Source of the DNA: Bacillota bacterium
GTDB lineage: Bacteria; Bacillota; Clostridia; Oscillospirales; Acutalibacteraceae
Direction of reading: 5' to 3'
DNA: 64,000 nt
Assembly (NCBI GenBank): GCA_023391275.1
Contig: JAEWBE010000058.1
Location: forward strand, 1,411-65,410
Numbering within the stretch: the stretch's first letter is position 1; each line of letters opens with the position of its first letter. Below the pieces are notes generated by a model. The model had not been told where the DNA came from. It worked only from the letters and a program-made list of their open reading frames with translations, and searched no databases. Below, piece by piece: positions 9,711 through 17,854 of this stretch. Both the position numbers and the translations under genes were made by a program.

Positions 9711-11468
9711 ATGAATATGGAACTGTATAACCCGTCTGATGCCGCAATGACAAAATATCTGTTCTTCACCGGGAAAGGCGGCGTGGGCAAAACCTCTGTC
9801 GCCTGCGCTACTGCTGTTGCCCTTTCGGACTCAGGTAAAAAAGTGCTGCTTGTCAGCACGGACCCGGCCTCCAACCTGCAGGACGTATTTGGCCTGGAAC
9901 TGGATAACAAAGGCAGCCAAATTAAAGAGGTTCCGGGACTTGTGGTAGCAAACCTTGACCCTTTGGCTGCTGCCGCAGAATACCGTGAGTCGGTAATTGG
10001 GCCATATCGCGGCAAATTCCCCGACTCCGTGATTCAAAATATGGAAGAGCAGCTTTCCGGTTCCTGTACGGTAGAAATCGCCGCATTCAATGAATTCTCC
10101 TCATTTCTGACAGATAATGAAAAAGCGGAGCTCTTCGACCACATTATTTTCGACACGGCCCCCACTGGGCATACCCTCAGAATGCTCCAGCTTCCTTCCG
10201 CCTGGAGCGGTTTCATCAGTGAAAGTACACACGGAGCTTCCTGTCTTGGGCAGTTATCCGGTCTTGAAAGTAAAAAGGCGGTCTACAAAAAAGCTGTCGA
10301 TACCCTTGCAAACGGCAATTTAACAACGCTGATACTTGTCACAAGGCCGGAAACATCACCTGTTTTAGAAGCGGCAAGGGCCTCCGAAGAGCTTGGCGCA
10401 CTGGGTATCAAAAATCAAATGCTTGTCGTAAACGGAATTCTGGAGACCTGTGATTCAGAGGATGAAGTGGAAACTGCTCTGTTCGAAAAGCAGCAGGCCG
10501 CGATTAAAAATATTCCCGAAAGTCTTTTACAGCGACCGGTTACAATGGTACCGCTTCGGGCTTACAATATCACCGGTATTGAAAATGTAAGGCAGATGCT
10601 GTCCTGTTCCGGCCGTACCAATACGGGAACGGAGTCAAAACTCACTCATGCTTTCAAGCTTACCGATATAGTAAATGAAATTCATCAGTCCGGTAAAAAG
10701 GTAGTCTTTACAATGGGAAAAGGCGGCGTAGGCAAAACAACGGTTGCCGCTGCCATTGCCCTTGGTCTGAACGAAAAGGGCCAAAAAGTACGGCTCGCGA
10801 CAACTGACCCCGCCGACCATTTAAACTTCGTAATGGATCAGGAAAACGGAGTTTCCTTCAGCCATATAGACGAGCAGGCGGAATTGAAAAAGTACCAGGA
10901 AGAGGTGCTCGGCAAAGCACGGCAGACAATGTCCGAAGAAGACCTTGAATATGTAAAGGAAGACCTTCGCTCCCCGTGTACGCAGGAAATTGCCGTATTC
11001 CGTGCATTCGCCGAAATCGTCGCAAAAAGCAACAATGAAACGGTGATCATTGATACTGCTCCAACGGGCCACACCATTCTATTGCTGGAATCCACCCAGA
11101 ACTATAACCAGCAAATCGAAAACACCGGCGGCGATGTTTCAGAAGCGGAGAAGACTCTGCTTCCCAGACTGAAAAATCCGGATGACACGGAAGTTATTAT
11201 TGTCACGCTGGCAGAAACGACCCCGTTTTATGAGGCGCAGCGCCTTGCGGAAGACCTAAAACGCGCGGGACTGGGGGTAAAATGGTGGGTAATCAACGCC
11301 AGTTATTCTTTGACCGATACGGCGAGCGAATTCTTAAAAGCAAAGGCAGCGAATGAATCGCAATGGATTCAAAAAGTGGAGCAGATTTCAAATGGCAATT
11401 ATGCCGTCATACCATGGAAGCCTTTTGAAGTAAAAGGGGAAAATTTGCTGGAATTGTTAAAGAATTAG
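9711..11468 (+). CDS. arsA: Arsenical pump-driving ATPase ArsA
   Basis: Two GKGGVGKT P-loops, two DTAPTGH motifs, SGSCT and ASCLG metal-binding cysteines. Confidence 0.96.
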   Translation: MNMELYNPSDAAMTKYLFFTGKGGVGKTSVACATAVALSDSGKKVLLVSTDPASNLQDVFGLELDNKGSQIKEVPGLVVANLDPLAAAAEYRESVIGPYRGKFPDSVIQNMEEQLSGSCTVEIAAFNEFSSFLTDNEKAELFDHIIFDTAPTGHTLRMLQLPSAWSGFISESTHGASCLGQLSGLESKKAVYKKAVDTLANGNLTTLILVTRPETSPVLEAARASEELGALGIKNQMLVVNGILETCDSEDEVETALFEKQQAAIKNIPESLLQRPVTMVPLRAYNITGIENVRQMLSCSGRTNTGTESKLTHAFKLTDIVNEIHQSGKKVVFTMGKGGVGKTTVAAAIALGLNEKGQKVRLATTDPADHLNFVMDQENGVSFSHIDEQAELKKYQEEVLGKARQTMSEEDLEYVKEDLRSPCTQEIAVFRAFAEIVAKSNNETVIIDTAPTGHTILLLESTQNYNQQIENTGGDVSEAEKTLLPRLKNPDDTEVIIVTLAETTPFYEAQRLAEDLKRAGLGVKWWVINASYSLTDTASEFLKAKAANESQWIQKVEQISNGNYAVIPWKPFEVKGENLLELLKN

Positions 11469-11504
11469 GTTAAGAAATAAAGAAATGATTTAGGGGGATT
11501 GAAT

Positions 11505-12572
11505 ATGGAAAAAGCGGGTGGCAGACTCTCGTTTTTGGATCGGCTTTTAACGCTGTGGATTTTTATCGCAATGGCGTTAGGCGTTGCGCTGGGTAACATG
11601 CTCCCTTCCGCAGCAAACTCAATCAGCAATTTAAGCACGGGTACGATTTCATGGCCGATTGCAATCGGCTTAATCTTAATGATGTACCCGCCGCTGATTA
11701 AAGTTAAGTATGAAGAAATCAACAAGGTGACCGGCAATAAAAAAGTATTTGGCCTGGCAATACTGCAAAACTGGATTATAGGGCCTTTACTCATGTTTTT
11801 ACTGGCGATACTCTGCCTGTCAGACAAGCCGGACTATGCCATAGGAGTTATTATCATCGGAATAGCGCCATGCATTGCCATGGTGATTATCTGGAACACT
11901 CTGGCAAAAGGCGATAACGAATTCTGTGCCGCATTGGTAGCACTAAATGCACTTTTTCAGATTCTTCTTTATTCAGTTTACATCTGGTTCTTTATTACAG
12001 TATTACCAAAAGTTTTTCATCTTTCGTGGGGTGGCGGGGCCGTAAATGTTTCGATGTGGGATGTAGCCCGCAGTGTGCTGATCTACCTTGGAATCCCCTT
12101 CGCGGCAGGAATAGCCACGCGCTTTCTTATTATTCACTTTAAAGGGAAAGACTGGCTCAACACGGTCTTTATTCCAAAGATTTCCCCTCTTGCTTTGATT
12201 TCACTGCTTTATACCATTGTGATTATGTTTATGCTAAAAGGCCGGTATATCGTGCAGCTCCCATTTGATGTGGTTCGAATCGCTGTTCCGCTTCTTCTTT
12301 ACTTTTTGATTATGTTTGTCGTAAGTTTCTTCATTTCCTATAAAATGGGGTTTGAATATCGTCACGCTTCAACGCTTTCCTTCACAGCGGCAAGCAATAA
12401 CTTTGAACTTGCCATAGCGGTTTCGGTTGCAATTTTCGGAATTAGTTCCGGGCAGGCATTTGCAGCCGTTATCGGGCCTTTAATTGAAGTGCCAGTCATG
12501 ATTTCGCTGGTCAGGTTAGCCCTTTACATAAAGGGGAAATTCTTCGACAGTAAAAACATTCCGGTAACCTGA
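11505..12572 (+). CDS. acr3: ACR3-family arsenite efflux permease
   Basis: [23 protein letters not shown] and GPLIEVP motifs. Confidence 0.95.
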   Translation: MEKAGGRLSFLDRLLTLWIFIAMALGVALGNMLPSAANSISNLSTGTISWPIAIGLILMMYPPLIKVKYEEINKVTGNKKVFGLAILQNWIIGPLLMFLLAILCLSDKPDYAIGVIIIGIAPCIAMVIIWNTLAKGDNEFCAALVALNALFQILLYSVYIWFFITVLPKVFHLSWGGGAVNVSMWDVARSVLIYLGIPFAAGIATRFLIIHFKGKDWLNTVFIPKISPLALISLLYTIVIMFMLKGRYIVQLPFDVVRIAVPLLLYFLIMFVVSFFISYKMGFEYRHASTLSFTAASNNFELAIAVSVAIFGISSGQAFAAVIGPLIEVPVMISLVRLALYIKGKFFDSKNIPVT

Positions 12573-12580
12573 GGTACAAA

Positions 12581-12988
12581 ATGAATAAGAATTTAAAAGT
12601 TGCATTTGTGTGCACGCACAATTCCTGCCGCTCTCAAATGGCGGAGGCCATCAGCAAGGTAATCGCAGCCGATGTTTTTGAAGCATACTCGGCAGGCACC
12701 GAAATTAAAAAGGAAATCAATCCCGATGCGGTAAAAACCATCAAAAAGCTTTATGGCATTGATATGTCCCAAAGCCAGCATCCAAAGCTTTTAGCGGATA
12801 TTCCGCCAATTGATATCGTGATTACCATGGGCTGCGGCGTTCAATGCCCTTATCTTCCCTGCAGGCACCGTGAGGACTGGGGTCTGGAGGATCCTACCGG
12901 CAAGTCGGATGATGATTTTATGCAAACAGCAGCAATGATAAAGGAAAAGATTTTGGATTTAAAAACTCATATTTCCGATTATCTATAA
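12581..12988 (+). CDS. arsC: Arsenate reductase, LMW-PTP (thioredoxin-coupled) type
   Basis: CTHNSCRSQMAE P-loop, ITMGCGVQCP, WGLEDP. Confidence 0.92.
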   Translation: MNKNLKVAFVCTHNSCRSQMAEAISKVIAADVFEAYSAGTEIKKEINPDAVKTIKKLYGIDMSQSQHPKLLADIPPIDIVITMGCGVQCPYLPCRHREDWGLEDPTGKSDDDFMQTAAMIKEKILDLKTHISDYL

Positions 12989-13001
12989 ACTGCAAAAGCT
13001 G

Positions 13002-13014
13002 ATCATATTCTGCG
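13002..13014 (+). repeat. 13-bp direct repeat, right copy flanking the ars operon
   Basis: ATCATATTCTGCG, identical to 8632-8644. Confidence 0.55.
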
Positions 13015-13027
13015 GTAAATCAATAAC

Positions 13028-13064
13028 GGGAGCGATACAGTAAAATTTGTATTGCTCCCTTTTT
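13028..13064 (+). terminator. Intrinsic terminator after arsC
   Basis: GGGAGCGATACA...TGTATTGCTCCC followed by TTTTT. Confidence 0.8.
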
Positions 13065-13173
13065 CGCATTCAAGGGCCTTTTTTTGACCTATCGCTAAAT
13101 CATTCAATGAGCTCCAGTCACCGGGAGAAAGATAAGCTATGTTTCCTCTGACTGATTTTTTGGCTTGCGAGTC

Positions 13174-13252
13174 TTGACAATTTTCAAATAGTATATTAAA
13201 CTAAATTAGTAAATCGGTTAATAATTAGGTTGTATAACAATTAACCGGTTTA
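13174..13252 (+). promoter_or_regulatory. sigmaA promoter and probable MarR operator
   Basis: TTGACA-17-TAAACT; inverted repeat TAAATCGGTTAAT...ATTAACCGGTTTA (13210-13252). Confidence 0.6.
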
Positions 13253-13287
13253 TTATATGAATCACAATTTCAGAAAGAAGAGTATAG

Positions 13288-13809
13288 ATGGATATTAAGA
13301 TTCGCGACATCGTCGACCGAATCGGCCAGCTGAATATTATACATCGTATCTACATTCACCGCGCCGCCGCGGAAAACGGAATTTATTTTGGACAGCTCCC
13401 TATTTTGGAGTACGTTGCCAGCCACGGCCAATGCACGCAGACAGAGCTTGCGGAAACCCTTCAGGTATCTGCGCCTTCCATTGCAACCTCCGTAAAACGG
13501 ATGCAAAAAACCGGCTTGCTGAAAAAAGCCGCGGATGAAAGCGACCTGAGGTGCAACCGCATTTCCATTACGGAAAAGGGGCTGGACTTTGCCCGAAAGT
13601 GCCGGTCTGCGTTTGACACCGTGGACGCGCGCATGTTTGAAGGATTCAGCGCGGCGGAGTGCGAAGAGCTTTGCGGTTATCTGGAACGGTTAATTGCCAA
13701 TATCGCGTCCGATGAGTTTAAAAATAAAACCCTGCTCGCTTTAATTAACACAGTTACTGCGGAAAAACAGCAGCATAATAAGCAGGAAGAGGAAGAAAGC
13801 CATGATTAA
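13288..13809 (+). CDS. MarR-family regulator
   Basis: CTQTELAETLQVSAPSIATSVKRMQKTGL...DLR...ITEKG winged helix. Confidence 0.92.
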   Translation: MDIKIRDIVDRIGQLNIIHRIYIHRAAAENGIYFGQLPILEYVASHGQCTQTELAETLQVSAPSIATSVKRMQKTGLLKKAADESDLRCNRISITEKGLDFARKCRSAFDTVDARMFEGFSAAECEELCGYLERLIANIASDEFKNKTLLALINTVTAEKQQHNKQEEEESHD

Positions 13810-13980
13810 AAGCTTTGCGGCCTGACACGCGTAAATTTTCAGGCGCAGTAATTTTATCGCCCCTTACTTATTGCCTCTTACTTATTATTTCTGAAACCTT
13901 TGGGAGATTCATTTTGGTTATAAACCCAATATTAAGCCTGCCCTCCAATCATATTCAGCAAAACGTTAAGGAGATTTTCT

Positions 13981-15732
13981 ATGATTACTAAACTTCTGTC
14001 CAGCGTAAAAGAATACAGAAAAGATACCATGCTCGCCCCGGCGTATGTAACCTTTGAATCGATTCTTGAAATCGTCATTCCCACGCTGATGGCGTATTTG
14101 ATCGACGATGGGATCAGCAAAAAAAATATATCCAATGTCCTATGGATCGGACTTGCTCTGGCTGTTTCCGCCATGATCTCGCTGTTAGCGGGTATTCTTG
14201 CGGGCCGCAGCGCGGCGATTGCCTCTTCGGGCTTTGCAAAAAATCTGCGCCGTGACATGTTCTATAACATGCAAAAGTTCTCTTTCTCCAACATTGATAA
14301 ATTTTCAACCGCCAGTATTATCACTCGGCTGACAACCGACGTCACCAATGTTCAGAATGCTTATCAGATGCTTGTTCGCCTTGGGGTACGCGCTCCTATG
14401 ATGATCGTGTTCGCATTGATTTTTTCTTTCCGGATTGACGTTCATCTTTCGCTGATCTTTCTTGTAACCATTCCGGTGCTCGGTCTTGGCCTGTGGCTGA
14501 TTATATCGCATGTGCATCCGATTTTCGTGCGGGTATTCACCACCTATGACAGGCTGAACAATGTTGTTCAGGAAAACCTGCTTGGCATCCGGGTTGTTAA
14601 ATCCTATATCCGCGAAGATCATGAAGAATCGAAGTTTGCAGACATTTCACAGTCGATTTTCCAAGATTTTTCGAAGGCTGAAAAGAGAATAGCGTTCAAC
14701 ATGCCTTTGATGCAGTTCTGCCTTTTTGCCAGCATGCTTTTGCTTTCCTGGTTTGGCGCCAAAGAAATCGTAGCCAGCAACAACAATCCCGTTGCCGGGC
14801 TTTCAACGGGCGAACTGGCAAGCCTGATTACCTATGCATTGCAGATACTTATGAGCCTGATGATGCTTTCCATGGTATTTGTCATGATTATCATTTCACG
14901 CGCGTCGGCAGAGCGTATTGTGGAAATTCTGAATGAGGAAAGCGACCTGAAAAACGGGGAAAATCCGGTGCACACGGTAAAAGACGGCTCGATTACCTTT
15001 GAAAATGTCACTTTTACTTATTTCAGAAAGGCCGACAAGCCGGTCCTTGATGGAATCAATCTCTCCATCGCATCAGGAGAAACGGTCGGTATCCTTGGTG
15101 GAACCGGTTCTTCAAAATCGAGTCTTGTTCAGCTTATCCCCCGCCTTTACGACGCCGTAAGCGGAAAGGTAACCGTCGGCGGTGTCGATGTGCGGGATTA
15201 CGATATTGAATCGCTCCGCAATCAGGTGGCGATGGTACTGCAGAAGAATGTACTTTTTTCAGGTACGATCAAAGAAAATCTTCGCTGGGGCAATGAAAAC
15301 GCGACGGATGAGGAAATGATTCATGCCTGTAAGCTCGCTCAGGCCGACGGCTTCATCAGGGAGTTTCCGAATCAATACGACACCTATATTGAGCAGGGCG
15401 GCACCAATGTATCGGGCGGCCAGAAGCAGCGGCTGTGCATCGCGCGGGCATTGCTGAAAAAGCCTAAGATTCTTATTCTGGACGATTCCACCAGCGCGGT
15501 TGACACCAAGACCGACGGATTAATCCGCCAGGCATTCAGAGAAGAAATTCCGAACACGACGAAACTTATTATTGCGCAACGCGTTTCATCGGTTCAGGAT
15601 GCCGATAAGATTATTGTGCTTGACGACGGCAAAATCAACGCGGTCGGCACGCACGAAGAACTGCTCAGCACCTGTGATATTTACAGGGAAGTCTATGAGT
15701 CCCAGAATAAAGGAGGCGTTCTCCATGCCTAA
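13981..15732 (+). CDS. Heterodimeric ABC exporter subunit 1 (TM287-like, degenerate site)
   Basis: Transmembrane domain plus NBD; GGTGSSKS, SGGQKQR, non-canonical Walker B LDDSTS and AQR switch. Confidence 0.92.
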   Translation: MITKLLSSVKEYRKDTMLAPAYVTFESILEIVIPTLMAYLIDDGISKKNISNVLWIGLALAVSAMISLLAGILAGRSAAIASSGFAKNLRRDMFYNMQKFSFSNIDKFSTASIITRLTTDVTNVQNAYQMLVRLGVRAPMMIVFALIFSFRIDVHLSLIFLVTIPVLGLGLWLIISHVHPIFVRVFTTYDRLNNVVQENLLGIRVVKSYIREDHEESKFADISQSIFQDFSKAEKRIAFNMPLMQFCLFASMLLLSWFGAKEIVASNNNPVAGLSTGELASLITYALQILMSLMMLSMVFVMIIISRASAERIVEILNEESDLKNGENPVHTVKDGSITFENVTFTYFRKADKPVLDGINLSIASGETVGILGGTGSSKSSLVQLIPRLYDAVSGKVTVGGVDVRDYDIESLRNQVAMVLQKNVLFSGTIKENLRWGNENATDEEMIHACKLAQADGFIREFPNQYDTYIEQGGTNVSGGQKQRLCIARALLKKPKILILDDSTSAVDTKTDGLIRQAFREEIPNTTKLIIAQRVSSVQDADKIIVLDDGKINAVGTHEELLSTCDIYREVYESQNKGGVLHA

Positions 15733-17674
15733 AATGCCGCTGAAAGATGACCATAAGACGAACGGCCGGACAGCTGCGGGCGGTAGGCCACCGATACAGC
15801 GGTTCAAGCCGGGCACGATTAAAAGACTGTTGTCCTATATGGCAGGCTATAAAATTCAGCTGATTTTTGTCGTCGTCTGTATCCTGTTAAGCGCGGCCGC
15901 GGGTGCGGCGTCCTCTTTGTTCCTTCAGACGCTGATTGATAAGTACATCGTTCCGCTGCTGGGCCAGGCACACCCTGTATTCACGGGCCTGTTCAAAGCG
16001 ATTCTTTTAATGGGTTTGGTCTATGTCATCGGCGTGCTTTCCACATTGTTCTACAACAGGACGATGGTTATCATCGAACAGGGCACGCTGAAAAAAATCC
16101 GTGACCAGATGTTCACACATATGCAGACCCTGCCGATCCGATATTTCGACACACATACCCACGGCGATGTAATGAGCCGTTATACCAATGATACCGACAC
16201 GCTGCGTCAGGCAATTTCTCAGAGCATGCCGCAGATGTTTGCGTCCCTTGTGTCTGTGGCGGCGGCATTCTTTTCCATGCTTTATCTCAGCGTCGGCCTT
16301 ACCGCCTTTGTAGCCTTGTTTGCTTTTGTTTTGCTGAAAGTAATTAAAGCCCTGGTGGGAAGAAGCGGAACCTTCTTCATCAAGCAGCAGCAGTCTATGG
16401 GCGACGTTAACGGTTATATCGAAGAAATGATCAACGGTCAGAAAGTCGTAAAAGTTTTCTGCCATGAAGAAAAGGCCAAAGAAGATTTTGACAAAAAGAA
16501 TGAAGAGCTCTGCTACTGCGCAACCGAGGCAAACAAGTACGGAAATATCACAATGCCGATTATCGGCAATCTGGGATACATGCTTTATGTACTTCTGGCC
16601 ATAATCGGGGGCGCGGCGGGCATAGCAGGGATTCCGAATCTGAGCCTTACCGGGGTCAACGCCCTGACAATCGGTACGATCATATCTTTTCTTACCCTGT
16701 CCCGCAGCTTCATCAATCCGATCGGCCAGATTTCGATGCAGTTCAACATGGTGATTATGGCGCTTGCGGGCGCATCAAGAATCTTTGATTTAATGGACGA
16801 GGAAAGCGAACAGGACAGCGGATACGTGACGCTCGTTAATTCACGAATGGAAAACGGCGAAATAAAAGAAAGCAAGGGACGGACGGAAACATGGGCGTGG
16901 AAACATCCGCACAGTGACGGCACGGTAACCTATACGCCGCTGCAAGGCGACATTCGTTTCTACGATGTTGACTTCGGCTACAATGAGGATAACATCGTCC
17001 TGCACAACATCACGCTTTATGCCGAACCCGGCCAAAAGGTAGCTTTTGTCGGAGCGACCGGCGCCGGAAAAACGACAATCACAAACCTGATTAACCGCTT
17101 CTATGATATTGCCGACGGAAAAATTCGGTATGACGGCATCAACATCAATAAAATAAAGAAAGCTGATCTTCGCCGGTCGCTCGGCATTGTTTTGCAGGAT
17201 GTGAACCTGTTTACGGGGACGGTCATGGACAATATCCGCTACGGCAAGCTGGACGCTACGGATGAAGAATGCATCGCGTCCGCAAAGCTGGCAAACGCCG
17301 ACGGATTCATCCGCATGCTTCCGCAGGGGTACAGCACCGTGCTGGAGGGCGACGGCAGCGGCCTTTCACAGGGACAGCGGCAGTTGATTTCCATCGCCCG
17401 CGCCGCTGTAGCAGACCCGCCCGTCATGATTCTTGACGAGGCTACCTCTTCCATCGATACCAGAACCGAAGCCATCGTGCAGAAGGGCATGGATGCTCTG
17501 ATGAAGGGCAGAACGGTGTTTGTTATCGCCCATCGGCTTTCCACCGTGCAGAATTCCGACGTCATCATGGTGCTCGAACATGGCCGCATCATCGAACGCG
17601 GCAGCCATGATCAGCTAATTGGAGAAAAGGGGAAATATTATCAGCTTTATACAGGCGCGTTTGAACTTGAGTAA
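15725..17674 (+). CDS. Heterodimeric ABC exporter subunit 2 (TM288-like)
   Basis: GATGAGKT, LSQGQRQ, LDEATS, AHRLST; AAGGAGG RBS before ATG at 15725. Confidence 0.92.
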   Translation: MPKMPLKDDHKTNGRTAAGGRPPIQRFKPGTIKRLLSYMAGYKIQLIFVVVCILLSAAAGAASSLFLQTLIDKYIVPLLGQAHPVFTGLFKAILLMGLVYVIGVLSTLFYNRTMVIIEQGTLKKIRDQMFTHMQTLPIRYFDTHTHGDVMSRYTNDTDTLRQAISQSMPQMFASLVSVAAAFFSMLYLSVGLTAFVALFAFVLLKVIKALVGRSGTFFIKQQQSMGDVNGYIEEMINGQKVVKVFCHEEKAKEDFDKKNEELCYCATEANKYGNITMPIIGNLGYMLYVLLAIIGGAAGIAGIPNLSLTGVNALTIGTIISFLTLSRSFINPIGQISMQFNMVIMALAGASRIFDLMDEESEQDSGYVTLVNSRMENGEIKESKGRTETWAWKHPHSDGTVTYTPLQGDIRFYDVDFGYNEDNIVLHNITLYAEPGQKVAFVGATGAGKTTITNLINRFYDIADGKIRYDGININKIKKADLRRSLGIVLQDVNLFTGTVMDNIRYGKLDATDEECIASAKLANADGFIRMLPQGYSTVLEGDGSGLSQGQRQLISIARAAVADPPVMILDEATSSIDTRTEAIVQKGMDALMKGRTVFVIAHRLSTVQNSDVIMVLEHGRIIERGSHDQLIGEKGKYYQLYTGAFELE

Positions 17675-17854
17675 ATCAAGGCGAACGTACTCCCTATACC
17701 CTTGAGAAATATATTGAAACCCCTGGTCGCTGCGGAGCTGCAACTCCCCGGCGGCCACTTCTTTTTATATTGATTCGCCCGCCGCAACATGGTATATTAA
17801 CAGCATGCCTGATGAAAATCCGGCAGATTAATTTGGATATATGGTGAAGTAAAT

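Noticed and set aside
13802..13825. ATG overlapping the marR end (MIKSFAA-stop) resembling a decayed ABC-transporter start
   Set aside because: Too short to distinguish from chance
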